Assembly (NCBI GenBank): GCA_003648875.1
Contig: QMQC01000001.1
Coordinates: 1-35,005 of the forward strand
Source of the DNA: Actinomycetota bacterium
GTDB lineage: Bacteria; Actinomycetota; Acidimicrobiia; Spongiisociales; UBA5794
Reading direction: 5' to 3'
Length of the DNA stretch: 35,005 bases
Within the stretch, counting starts at the first letter, position 1. The number at the start of each line of letters is the position of its first letter. The notes under the pieces were generated by a model that had not been told where the DNA came from, ran no database searches, and was given only the letters and a program-made list of their open reading frames with translations. Shown in pieces: positions 1-8,588 of this stretch. The translations under genes and the position numbers were made by a program.

Positions 1-326
1 GGTCCGACGGGGGCGTCGAAGTGACGGACACCGTGGGTTCTGAGAATCTTCATCGCCTCAGTGAGCATCGTATGACCGACACCGACTCCTCGAGCTTCAG
101 GCTCGGTATATATGAGCCGCATTCGTCCGATAGTCGATCCATGTGCCCTTCCGAGCATCGGCTCGATGGTCGCCCAGAGGAATCCGACAATCACGTCGTC
201 GATCTCGCCAGCGAGGACGAACGACTCCGAATCTTCGATCGCACGGGACAACGAGAGCTCAAAACGCTCGTCGAGTCCGTCGGTCAGCGCCCAGATCGGT
301 TTGCGGACCGTCTGCTCAGATTCCAT
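1..326 (-). CDS. GNAT-family N-acetyltransferase, C-terminal part beyond the window edge
   Basis: Not in the supplied ORF track because it runs off the edge. The reverse-strand ATG at 326..324 gives MESEQTVRKPIWALTDGLDERFELSLSRAIEDSESFVLAGEIDDVIVGFLWATIEPMLGRAHGSTIGRMRLIYTEPEARGVGVGHTMLTEAMKILRTHGVRHFDAPVG. The R-G-V-G-V-G stretch fits GNAT acetyl-CoA motif A. Confidence 0.6.
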   Translation of the reverse strand, partial: MESEQTVRKPIWALTDGLDERFELSLSRAIEDSESFVLAGEIDDVIVGFLWATIEPMLGRAHGSTIGRMRLIYTEPEARGVGVGHTMLTEAMKILRTHGVRHFDAPVG

Positions 327-526
327 CTCCCTGTACAAGGACACAAGGCGAAAGACATCGCCGTTGACCGCAGAGCGCGCGCAAACAATCATGAGGGCGA
401 GCGTAGCCAGCGCGTATTGCTAGAAGGCCCGTGCCCGGAAGGCTCAATGCAGATCTGCTACCCGCGGCCTGCAATTTCCGTCGGCGACGGTATTCGACGA
501 CAGTGCCGCTCGTGTTGGCTGGTCCT

Positions 527-1258
527 TCAGCTTCGCCGAGACGGGAAGCGACTCTTGAGACCCCACTTGGTGACGAGTAGCATCGCTTCGACCACGATCC
601 TCCCGTTCATCTTCGATTCGCCGTGCTCCCGATCCTTGAAGGTGATCGGAATCTCAATGATCTCAAGCCCCGCTCTTCTGGCTCTCCATGCCATTTCGAC
701 CTGGAATCCATAGCCAGATGCTTGACACGAGGAGGGATTCAGCTTGCGCAATGCGGTGTCCCGAAACGCCCTGAACCCTGCTGTGGCGTCTTTCACCTTG
801 AGACCGAGCATCATCGCTGCGTAGGCGTTGCCTCCACGCGAGATCGCCTCTCTGTATCGGGACCAACCCTGAGTTCCGCCACCAGCCACGTATCGCGACC
901 CGATGGCGAGGTCCGCACCAGCCTCGACAGCATCAACAAGGCGCGTGAGGTCATCAGGGTCGTGGGAGAAGTCTGCGTCCATCTCGCAGAGGATCTCGTA
1001 GCCGGATTCGAGCCCTTGCTCGAATCCGGCAGCATAGGCAGGCCCCAATCCCGCCTTCTCCGGACGATGGAGAACACGGACTCCATCGTCGCGTGACGCA
1101 AGAGCATCAACGATCCTGCCAGTTCCGTCGGGAGACCCATCGTCGACGACGAGGATGTCGTAGCCAAGAGATCGAACCGCCCCGATGATCAGTTCGATGT
1201 TCTCAAATTCGTTGTAGGTCGGGACGATGACGAGCACCTGCATACCGGAGTGTTCCAT
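527..1258 (-). CDS. GT2 glycosyltransferase, polyprenol/dolichol-phosphate mannose synthase type (Ppm1/DPM1-like)
   Basis: ORF 527..1288 contains VLVIVPTYNEFENI, VVDDGSPDGT and EMDADFSHDPDDL, typical of DPM1/Ppm1-type GT2 enzymes. The ORF-track start at 1288 is TTG. ATG candidates lie at 1258 (MEHSG) and 1243 (MQVLV), so the start is uncertain. Confidence 0.8.
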   Translation of the reverse strand: MEHSGMQVLVIVPTYNEFENIELIIGAVRSLGYDILVVDDGSPDGTGRIVDALASRDDGVRVLHRPEKAGLGPAYAAGFEQGLESGYEILCEMDADFSHDPDDLTRLVDAVEAGADLAIGSRYVAGGGTQGWSRYREAISRGGNAYAAMMLGLKVKDATAGFRAFRDTALRKLNPSSCQASGYGFQVEMAWRARRAGLEIIEIPITFKDREHGESKMNGRIVVEAMLLVTKWGLKSRFPSRRS

Positions 1259-1315
1259 ACGAGGAGTGTCGGCGCACGCGGTGATCAACTTGAGGCAGGG
1301 ATCAACGCCTGTTCC

Positions 1316-1657
1316 TCACGACGCGCAATCGAGACAGATCATCTTTCGCTTCGCGGCAAGCTGGCTTCGTCGTTTGACCAGGAAGCAGATCGAACAAACG
1401 AATTCGTCGGATGCAGCTTCGTCGACATCGGAGGTCTCCATTGCGATCTCGGCGCGGCGGATCGCCCGCATCTCCGCGGCCTCATCGACGACGATCGCTT
1501 CGTTCGTCTCGTCTTCGGTGAGCATCTCGAGTTCTTCAGCCTCGAGTTCGTCGAGGGCCTCGGGTGCGTCTGGTTCATCGTTCCCTGAATCGTTGTCCGA
1601 GGCCTCTGCATCCTCGGTGTCGAGGTCCTCGACCTCTCTGGGGTTGTCGGTGGTCAT
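1316..1657 (-). CDS. DUF4193-family protein (acidic N-terminus, C-terminal CxxC...CxxC)
   Basis: MTTDNPREVEDLDTEDAEA...DEFVCSICFLVKRRSQLAAKRKMICLDCAS matches the architecture of the conserved actinobacterial DUF4193 family. The ATG at 1657 is preceded by a GAGAGG Shine-Dalgarno sequence. The 19 upstream codons of the tracked ORF look spurious. Confidence 0.7.
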   Translation of the reverse strand: MTTDNPREVEDLDTEDAEASDNDSGNDEPDAPEALDELEAEELEMLTEDETNEAIVVDEAAEMRAIRRAEIAMETSDVDEAASDEFVCSICFLVKRRSQLAAKRKMICLDCAS

Positions 1658-1686
1658 GTGCCTCTCGGTTCTAGTTCTCGGCGCGG

Positions 1687-1714
1687 AGCATACCGAATTC
1701 GCGTAACAGTTCAA
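1687..1714 (-). promoter_or_regulatory. Candidate sigma-70-type promoter for the DUF4193 gene
   Basis: The reverse strand reads TTGAAC (1714..1709), a 16-nt spacer, then TATGCT (1692..1687), about 30 nt upstream of the ATG at 1657. This is pattern matching only. Confidence 0.3.
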
Positions 1715-1760
1715 TCTGTCCTCGAAACGCGGACTTGACAGGTCGATTTCCAGATAGTCA

Positions 1761-2642
1761 TCAGATCACGACGTCGATCGCCTCAGGGATCACATGTATG
1801 GTGACGCTTCCCCTTCCGATGATCTCGCCGTCTGCTTCGATGGGCCAATCATCGGGGACTTCCACCCGAATCGAAGAGCCTGAATACCGTTGCACGCCTC
1901 TGTGGGTGAGATGCGTTCCCCTGAGGACCCGAGGCATGATGGCAAATGCCTGTCGCCGGGGGCCACGGAAGATCTGCACATCCATCTTCCCGTCTGTGAG
2001 GACCGATCGCGGCGCAATATTGAGTCCGCCTCCAAAGAACTGGCCATTGGCGACCACGACGTTGATTGCCTCACCCTCGAACCGGTGTCGATCGACCGTC
2101 GCGATGATCGGCCCGCTGGCAAAGCGCCACAATGCAATCCAGAAGGCCGTCGTGTACCGAGCAGAGCCGGCCCGGCGGGGAAGGCGGTTCGCAGTTGCCG
2201 CTGATGCAGCGGCAACACCGAGGTTGAGGGCGTTGAGAAAGTACGTGTTCCCGAACGAACCGCTCGCCGTACCGATATCGACCGTGTACAGATCAGCGTC
2301 GACAATCCGTTCGAGACCGGGTCTCACTCCGCGCCTGTGTCCGAAGGTCCGCACGAAATCGCTTCCCGAACCCGCTGGCACGATTCCGAGCACACAACGT
2401 TCATCACCAGTCGCCTGCATGATCGCGTTCAGTACGAGGTGGGCGGTTCCATCGCCCCCAACGGAGATGAAGCGGCGGTGCCCGGCAGCATGGGCATCAG
2501 AGATTCGCAGAATGACGTCGCTCGGCGATGTGGACTCGACGAATTCTGCGTCCAGACCGATTTCGCTTGAAACGGCCAGAACCTCATTGTATGGAGATCC
2601 TCTCCGCCCTGCAGCGGGATTCACGACACCGAACCAGCTCAA
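1761..2642 (-). CDS. Diacylglycerol-kinase-family lipid kinase (DAGK catalytic domain)
   Basis: N-terminal VVNPAAGRRG and the ISVGGDGT motif fit the family, and the length is about 290 aa. The tracked start at 2642 is TTG and overlaps the helY stop (TTGA). An alternative GTG start lies at 2624. Confidence 0.8.
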   Translation of the reverse strand: MSWFGVVNPAAGRRGSPYNEVLAVSSEIGLDAEFVESTSPSDVILRISDAHAAGHRRFISVGGDGTAHLVLNAIMQATGDERCVLGIVPAGSGSDFVRTFGHRRGVRPGLERIVDADLYTVDIGTASGSFGNTYFLNALNLGVAAASAATANRLPRRAGSARYTTAFWIALWRFASGPIIATVDRHRFEGEAINVVVANGQFFGGGLNIAPRSVLTDGKMDVQIFRGPRRQAFAIMPRVLRGTHLTHRGVQRYSGSSIRVEVPDDWPIEADGEIIGRGSVTIHVIPEAIDVVI

Positions 2643-5149
2643 TGCGGGACTCCTGCGTAGACGATTCCCCTGTCGATCAGTCTGAGCGCCTCGCCAGCGA
2701 CAGGCGCGTGGTCTGGAAATCCGTCCCGTATCTGGCGAAGAAGATCAAGCAATTGCCTTGCCGACCGGACAAAGTCGCCAGCGCGAAGATCTTCGGCGTC
2801 GAAGATATCCACGAGATCGAGGCCACTGGCCCATGCGTGTATCGAGTCGACGAGCCCTACGTCCGGATACCGTGTCTCGACGAGTCCAGCCCGCCTCTCC
2901 AGGTCAGCAATGGCGGCGGCAAGCTCCCCCACCCGGGAGATCGGATCAGCAGCAAATGAGATACGAGGCATCTCGGACACTTCGCCGCCTCTCGCCTGGT
3001 AGGTGAATATCGATGCGAGGGCACCGAATTCGGCAGCGGAAAGGTCTGAGAACACGCCGACCTGCAGAGCTTCGGCAAGAAGCAGATCGAGCTCGTTGTA
3101 CAGGCGCCTGAGAGACATCCCACGTACGGTCAATCCCCAGTTCGTCGTATGTCCGGTGTCGCCCAGTACCTTGGTACGGCGATCGAACTCAAGGCCGATG
3201 TCATTCGTTCTCGACCGGTCGAGACGACGTTCGAGACGTCTGATGTCGCGCTCTGCCCGTCTCGCCCTCTCACACCACTTGACGTGGGTATCGATATCGG
3301 GGCATCCAAGCACGCCACCTTCCTCGTTTCCCGGGAACAGAGTGGTGGGCTCTTGCAGTGGGACGAAGGCTTCGAGGAGGAAACCGACCTCCTTGCGATA
3401 CGTGGGATCTCCGGGGCGTTGCGGCGTCGGAAGAGAGATCTCGCCGAGTACGACTGCCGATGAGGGGAGATCTCGGGTTCTGATCATGCTCCGTCTTCCG
3501 GCAACGTCCGCCAGGGAGAGCTTCGGTTGCCCTCCGCCCCACGACCTACCGAGCAATACGAGTTGATCGCCTGCAACTTCGATCACTGTTCCCGGCCGGA
3601 GAAGCTTCGCGTCAACCTTCTTGATGGGAGCCTTCGACCCAGGGTCAGTGATCTGCCAGATGTCACCGCGTTCACAGGTCGCGGCGCTGCGGAAGGTCTC
3701 CAGGTCGCCCCTTCGATCTTCGAGGTTCTCCCGAAGACGTCCGAGTCTTTGGGTCTCGCTGAAGTTCGCAAAGGAAGCGTTGAGCAAACCGTGGGCGGTC
3801 TCCTTGTCGTATCCTGCAATCAGATTCACCGCCATGTTGTAGGTCGGCGAGAACGACGATCGCAACGGGTTGGAGCCCTTGGCGGCAATCGCCGCAACAC
3901 GTTCGAACGGAACGTAGGAGCTGAACAATACAACTGCCGTACCCTCGGAATCGATACCTCGACGGCCGGCTCTGCCCGTCAACTGTGTGTAGTCGCTCGG
4001 CATCAAGAGCTCGTGGCTTTCACCGTTGAACTTGCTGAGCGAGTCGAGAACCACCGTTCTCGCCGGCATGTTGATTCCAAGGGCAAGGGTTTCAGTCGCG
4101 GCCACGACCTTCACGAGTCCCCGGAGGAAGAGTTCCTCAACCGTCTCCTTGAAGGCAGGGATCAGGCCAGCGTGATGTGATGCTGCACCGCGCTCAAGGA
4201 CACTGAGCCATCGTTCGTACCCGAGAACGGTGAGGTCCTCAGCACTGAGATGTTTGACGTGTCGCTGCGCGATCGCTCGAATCTCATCACGCTCGACCGC
4301 TGTCGTGAAATCGAAACCGGCACTCGCAACCTCTTGGGCAGTCTGGTCACACCCCTTTCGCGAGAAGACGAAGTAGATACATGGAAGGAGACCATCTCGG
4401 TTGAGTTCGCGAACCACCGAGACACGGCGCGGCGTCGAGAACCGCCTGTTTCTCCCCCTGGTCGGGCTCAGCATCCTCGAGACAGCTGCGTTTGCACGGC
4501 CGTTGCTTCCGAACACCGGCGCCATCACGATCTGGCGTTCGTGATGTCTGTCGCGCCACATGTACATGGACGTCAGAGGAACAGGACGCTCGGTCTCGAC
4601 AACCAGGTCGCACTCGCCACGGCGTTGCCTGATCCAATCTGTGAATTCAGCAGGGTTGGCAATCGTTGCAGACAGGCAGAGAATCTTGATCCGCGTCGGT
4701 AGGTGAATGATGATCTCCTCCCACACGGACCCGCGGTGACGATCCGCGAGATAGTGGGCTTCGTCGAGAACAACGAGGCCGAGGTCGTTGAGGGCATCTG
4801 ATCGTTCGTAGATCATGTTTCTCAACACTTCGGTGGTCATCACGATGATCGGCGCATCGCCGTTGATCACGTTGTCACCAGTGAGAAGTCCGACCTTCTC
4901 AGGTCCATGGTCGACGATCAGGTCATTGAACTTCTGGTTCGACAGGGCCTTGATTGGCGTCGTGTAGAAGGAACGTTGACCTTCTCTCATCGTGAGAGTG
5001 ATCGATCCATCCGCGATCAGGGTCTTACCCGCGCCTGTTGGTGCGGTAACGACGACGGATCTGCCCGATCGAACGGAGCGCAGAGCTTCGACCTGGAAGG
5101 GGTCAGGGGTGAACGGCAGCCCTGAGAGGAACTTCTCCAGGGTTGGCAC
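2639..5149 (-). CDS. helY: Ski2-like DEAD/DEAH-box RNA helicase HelY
   Basis: Walker A TAPTGAGKT, a DEAH box (VLDEAHYL), SAT, and a long C-terminal Ski2/DSHCT-like region. It lies immediately downstream of tatC as in mycobacteria. The GTG start at 5149 has a GAGGA Shine-Dalgarno sequence. Confidence 0.85.
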   Translation of the reverse strand: MPTLEKFLSGLPFTPDPFQVEALRSVRSGRSVVVTAPTGAGKTLIADGSITLTMREGQRSFYTTPIKALSNQKFNDLIVDHGPEKVGLLTGDNVINGDAPIIVMTTEVLRNMIYERSDALNDLGLVVLDEAHYLADRHRGSVWEEIIIHLPTRIKILCLSATIANPAEFTDWIRQRRGECDLVVETERPVPLTSMYMWRDRHHERQIVMAPVFGSNGRANAAVSRMLSPTRGRNRRFSTPRRVSVVRELNRDGLLPCIYFVFSRKGCDQTAQEVASAGFDFTTAVERDEIRAIAQRHVKHLSAEDLTVLGYERWLSVLERGAASHHAGLIPAFKETVEELFLRGLVKVVAATETLALGINMPARTVVLDSLSKFNGESHELLMPSDYTQLTGRAGRRGIDSEGTAVVLFSSYVPFERVAAIAAKGSNPLRSSFSPTYNMAVNLIAGYDKETAHGLLNASFANFSETQRLGRLRENLEDRRGDLETFRSAATCERGDIWQITDPGSKAPIKKVDAKLLRPGTVIEVAGDQLVLLGRSWGGGQPKLSLADVAGRRSMIRTRDLPSSAVVLGEISLPTPQRPGDPTYRKEVGFLLEAFVPLQEPTTLFPGNEEGGVLGCPDIDTHVKWCERARRAERDIRRLERRLDRSRTNDIGLEFDRRTKVLGDTGHTTNWGLTVRGMSLRRLYNELDLLLAEALQVGVFSDLSAAEFGALASIFTYQARGGEVSEMPRISFAADPISRVGELAAAIADLERRAGLVETRYPDVGLVDSIHAWASGLDLVDIFDAEDLRAGDFVRSARQLLDLLRQIRDGFPDHAPVAGEALRLIDRGIVYAGVPH

Positions 5150-5158
5150 TTCACATCC

Positions 5159-5872
5159 TCACTTTCTGAGGATGAAGCGGATGGCCAGGATCGAGAGCTC
5201 GAAGAGCAGATACAGCGGACCTGCAAGCATGAGCAATGTCATGGGGTCACCGGAAGGCGTGATTACTGCTGCAGCCATCAGAATGATGATCACAGCCCAG
5301 CGCCGGTTCGAACGAAGTGTCTTGCTGGTCAAGAACCCCATTGCGGCGGCAGCGAAGAGAAACACCGGAAACTCGAATGCGATCCCGAATGCAAGGATGA
5401 ACCGCGTAGCAAACTTCAGGTAGGCATCGATCCCGATCAAAGGCTGCAGGGACTCCCCACCGAAGTCGAGCAAGAACACCAATCCACGCTCGAGCGCAAT
5501 GTACCCGACGAGAACACCGAGGACGAACAACAACGCGAATACACCTGAGAGCGGATACGCCCAGCGCTTCTCCCTCTTTGACAGCGCAGGCGCTACAAAA
5601 CGCCACAACTGATAGAGGATCACAGGGGATGCGAGCACCATACCGCCGAAAAGACTCATGCGCATCACAGCGGAAAACGCATCGGTTACCTTGAAGAACG
5701 GAAGTGCTTCCTCTCCGACGGACAGGGAGTAGGGCTCAACTATCAGCTCGAGCAGCCGCTCATGGAAGAAGAACGCGACGACCGTGCCAACCGTCACAGC
5801 AATGACTGCCTTGAAGAGTCGTGAGCGCAGCTCCTCGAGATGACCTCGGATCGCCATACGGTCGACTGTCAC
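5159..5872 (-). CDS. tatC: Twin-arginine translocase subunit TatC
   Basis: HLEELRSRL near the N-terminus, about six hydrophobic segments, and a position next to tatA. The GTG start at 5872 overlaps the tatA stop (GTGA). An alternative ATG lies at 5857. Confidence 0.9.
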   Translation of the reverse strand: MTVDRMAIRGHLEELRSRLFKAVIAVTVGTVVAFFFHERLLELIVEPYSLSVGEEALPFFKVTDAFSAVMRMSLFGGMVLASPVILYQLWRFVAPALSKREKRWAYPLSGVFALLFVLGVLVGYIALERGLVFLLDFGGESLQPLIGIDAYLKFATRFILAFGIAFEFPVFLFAAAAMGFLTSKTLRSNRRWAVIIILMAAAVITPSGDPMTLLMLAGPLYLLFELSILAIRFILRK

Positions 5873-6207
5873 TCGACGTCCTCTTCCTTGGACTCCGAGG
5901 ACTCGTCCGTGACCTTTGGCTTGGCCGCGTCAACGGGTCCCATCACCGTATCGAGATCCAGGACGGTGCCAGCAGCGCTCGTCAGCTCGTCCTTGGTCGC
6001 CTCATACTCCGCTTTGAGTGACCGGATCGGTGACATGCCCTCATCGAACTCGTTGTCGATGGCATCGGTGAACGATCTTGTTGCCTCCCTCGCTCTGGCC
6101 ATCAGCTCGCCGGCCTTCTTCGAAAGCTCGGGGAGACGATCAGGGCCGAACACGAGCAGCGCGACAATTGCGATGAGCGCGATCTCCCCGAATCCAATTG
6201 ATCCCAT
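5869..6207 (-). CDS. tatA: Twin-arginine translocase TatA/TatB-family subunit
   Basis: MGSIGFGEIALIAIVALLVFGPDRLPELSKKAGE is the canonical TatA/B N-terminal transmembrane segment plus amphipathic helix (FGP motif). The tail is acidic. Confidence 0.8.
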   Translation of the reverse strand: MGSIGFGEIALIAIVALLVFGPDRLPELSKKAGELMARAREATRSFTDAIDNEFDEGMSPIRSLKAEYEATKDELTSAAGTVLDLDTVMGPVDAAKPKVTDESSESKEEDVE

Positions 6208-6229
6208 GGGCCGATGGTAGAACAGCCGT

Positions 6230-6313
6230 CAGTCTTCAGCCATCCGCGCCATCAGGGGCGCTCGAACTGAAGACCAAGAACTGAAGACCAAGAACTGAAG
6301 ACTGAGAACTTCC
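6230..6313. repeat. Intergenic tandem 14-bp repeat (3.5 copies) with a flanking 10-bp inverted repeat
   Basis: GAACTGAAGACCAA at 6264-6277 and 6278-6291, GAACTGAAGACTGA at 6292-6305, and a partial GAACTTCC at 6306-6313. CAGTCTTCAG (6230-6239) is the exact reverse complement of CTGAAGACTG (6295-6304). An inner GCGCC/GGCGC hairpin lies at 6246-6261. Confidence 0.85.
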
Positions 6314-6316
6314 TTG

Positions 6317-6613
6317 TCAACTGGCTGTCGTCAACCTGTCGAACCATTCGTCGCCATCGAGCATCTCGGCGAACCGATCGATCTCCGCCTCTGTGATGGG
6401 TGCAGCAGCGAGAGTGATCTCATACGTGACACCCGTTGCGAGGAGGATGCTCACGACCCTTCTGGTCGCAGGCCTCACCTGTATCGCCATGCAGTTCGGG
6501 CAGGAGAAGCGGTAGGAGCCGGCATCACCCGCACCGGTCAGCTCAAGCGCAATCTCCGCAGTGGACAGTTCTACGTCTCCGCAGCCTTGGCAGGTTGTCC
6601 TGATGGTTGTCAT
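6317..6613 (-). CDS. Small hypothetical zinc-ribbon-like protein (CxxC-N25-CxxC)
   Basis: MTTIRTTCQGCGDVELSTAEIALELTGAGDAGSYRFSCPNCMAIQVRP... The ATG at 6613 is preceded by GGAG. It is co-directional between pafC and tatA. I recognise no family. Confidence 0.5.
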   Translation of the reverse strand: MTTIRTTCQGCGDVELSTAEIALELTGAGDAGSYRFSCPNCMAIQVRPATRRVVSILLATGVTYEITLAAAPITEAEIDRFAEMLDGDEWFDRLTTAS

Positions 6614-6687
6614 CGCCACTCCATTTACCAGCGTCCATACAGACATCGGCATTTGGATGGGCGAGTAAAGGACTATTCATCACATAG

Positions 6688-7626
6688 TCATCTTGGGGTT
6701 TCATAACGCGCGCGTATGCGCAAGCGGAGGGCATCAATCGACTCGATCACCTCGGTACCCTCGATATCTGACACTGCCGACCCCAGTCTGATCAGGAGTC
6801 GCGCCGCGACCAAAGGATCTGAAACCGACATCGTGATTCTCGTCGATCCGTCATCGTTCCGGTCCGCACTCACGGGGTAGTACTCGGCAACCCAATCCGA
6901 AGCTGCGTCGGTCGTGAAGCTCACATGGACATCAGCGTCTGAGGGCCGGTAGCGAACCATTCCGTCGATCTCGCCATCGTCGCGCTCGTAGGTCTCCCCG
7001 AGTTCCTCGATGTCGGCGATCCTGTCGATCCTGAAGACACGCTCGGCACCGGCCCGACGACAGATGCCGGACAAGTACCAGTTTCCGAGGTTGAAGAGCA
7101 CCGACCGACCCTCAACGTCGCGCACGGTGCGTTCGTTCGTCGCAAGGGCGACATAGGTGATCCGGACGACGTGGGAGCGTTCGATCGCACCCCTGAGCAA
7201 CGCCACAGTCTCCGGCGTCGGGACGTCGAAGTACACGAAGGATTCGGCGTTTGGCACGACAGCAGTGGTCAACTTGTCCACTGCCGATACCAGCGCGGAA
7301 GGAGCATTCTCGGACTGGATGAACGTCATCCCGGCGGCCAGCAATCCAAGAGCCTCAGGTGCCGTGAGACGCATGGGCCGCGAGAAGTAGTCCGCGGCAT
7401 CGATGAACACCTCATCCTCGAAGACATCGACATCGATCAGATCTCCGGGCCCGTAGCCGGGAAGCCCTGTCACGAACACGAGGTGGAGATCCTTGATGAG
7501 GTCGGCTTTGTTCCTATATCCGAAACGGGTGATGATCTCATCGATCTCGGCACCATCGTGCTCGATCACCCACGGAAGCATCGACAAGATCCGCGACAAC
7601 CGCTGTGCAGTCCGGTCAGACGTCAT
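6688..7626 (-). CDS. pafC: WYL-domain transcriptional regulator PafC
   Basis: An N-terminal winged-HTH-like segment (AQRLSRILSMLPWV) is followed by a WYL-type region (GNWYLSG). The ATG at 7626 overlaps the pafB stop (ATGA). It lies downstream of pafA-pafB as in the mycobacterial paf operon. Confidence 0.75.
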   Translation of the reverse strand: MTSDRTAQRLSRILSMLPWVIEHDGAEIDEIITRFGYRNKADLIKDLHLVFVTGLPGYGPGDLIDVDVFEDEVFIDAADYFSRPMRLTAPEALGLLAAGMTFIQSENAPSALVSAVDKLTTAVVPNAESFVYFDVPTPETVALLRGAIERSHVVRITYVALATNERTVRDVEGRSVLFNLGNWYLSGICRRAGAERVFRIDRIADIEELGETYERDDGEIDGMVRYRPSDADVHVSFTTDAASDWVAEYYPVSADRNDDGSTRITMSVSDPLVAARLLIRLGSAVSDIEGTEVIESIDALRLRIRARYETPR

Positions 7627-8546
7627 GTGCGGACACCAACGTGAATGAGGAACGATTCCACGAGTTCCGGCGGCGATACGATGTCGGCCTTGTCGTCGAA
7701 CCCGAGCATCCATCCAATAAAGCCTGATTCGGAAGTCACCGGCAGATCAATGGTCACGGAGTGGGAGGTTCTTGAGACCTCGACAGCACCAACAGCCTGG
7801 CGTGCAGCGATGTCGGCAACATCGGAATCGAAGCGAACTCTCGCGATCGGGTCGCTCGCCTCGGAGGGTCGAGCGAACTCCGGAAGTGCCTTCCGAGGTT
7901 CGAACCCGGCGGGACGTTCGAACATCTCAGCAGAATCGTCGATCTTGATCTCTCGCATCCGATCGAGTCTGAAGGCTTTGATGACGTCAGGCGCGTAGGC
8001 CTCGGGAGCCAGGAGATACCAATGCCCGAAGCGGTGACCGAGTCCGTAGGGCTGTGTGGTCCTCGGTCGATCGTTGTACGTGAACAAGACGCGCCGGCGC
8101 TCGGAGACCGCCCCGAAGAGATCGCCAAGGAGCTGAAGATCATGTCCCAGATCGGCGGCGATCGCGGCACCTGAGGACGATACTGCACCGCCGAGCTTGA
8201 AGATCGCCGCAGCCTCTGTCGCCTGCCCCCCAAAACGAACCGCTTGGGCTGCAAGCAGAAGAGCCGACCGCTCCTCATCGGTGAACCCGGGATCGGCTAT
8301 GGCGTAGTCCTCAGCCCTGACGACATAGCCAAGCTCGACTTCCCAGATATCGGTGTGACGAAGCACGATGGGCACACCGAGCGTTCTCAAGAGATCCTTG
8401 TCCCTCTCGAACGTTCGCCGGAACGCTTCGTCTGCGGGTTGGTCGTAACCCTTGACAGTGTTTCGGATCTCGTCCGCGGTCACCGGCCTTCCAACGGTGA
8501 GGAGGAATGCAAGGAGATTCAGGATTCGTTCTATGACCTTCTGCAT
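7623..8546 (-). CDS. pafB: WYL-domain transcriptional regulator PafB
   Basis: An N-terminal HTH (RILNLLAFLLTVGRPVTADEI) is followed by a WYL-like motif (GHWYLLA). It is paired with pafC, directly downstream of pafA. Confidence 0.75.
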   Translation of the reverse strand: MQKVIERILNLLAFLLTVGRPVTADEIRNTVKGYDQPADEAFRRTFERDKDLLRTLGVPIVLRHTDIWEVELGYVVRAEDYAIADPGFTDEERSALLLAAQAVRFGGQATEAAAIFKLGGAVSSSGAAIAADLGHDLQLLGDLFGAVSERRRVLFTYNDRPRTTQPYGLGHRFGHWYLLAPEAYAPDVIKAFRLDRMREIKIDDSAEMFERPAGFEPRKALPEFARPSEASDPIARVRFDSDVADIAARQAVGAVEVSRTSHSVTIDLPVTSESGFIGWMLGFDDKADIVSPPELVESFLIHVGVRT

Positions 8547-8588
8547 CGCTGTCAGCGTATAGGTCGCGGTGCCCGTGTGGAAGTACCG

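Noticed and set aside
1644-1652. TTGTCGGTG, resembling the upstream half of the PafBC-dependent RecA-NDp motif. A second copy lies on the minus strand near 16344-16352.
   Set aside because: Neither copy is followed by a TANNNT -10 element at 8-nt spacing. Both lie inside coding sequence in an orientation that serves no downstream gene.
1735-2685. Long plus-strand ORFs opposite known genes: 1735..2685, 8244..8909, 9882..10769, 11492..12589, 19775..20572, 28635..29618, 21..713 and similar.
   Set aside because: Each is antisense to, or out of frame with, a gene with clear family motifs. Their products are Ser/Arg/Pro/Ala-rich with no recognisable domains. These are the standard high-GC antisense ORF artefact.
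6264-6313. Possible CRISPR array (short direct repeats).
   Set aside because: The 14-bp units are contiguous with no spacers and are far shorter than CRISPR repeats. There are no cas genes in the window.
7896-7906. GGTTCGAACCC, a T-loop-like sequence suggesting a tRNA.
   Set aside because: The flanking bases do not form a T-stem or an acceptor stem, and the site lies inside the pafB coding region. I found no cloverleaf anywhere in the window.
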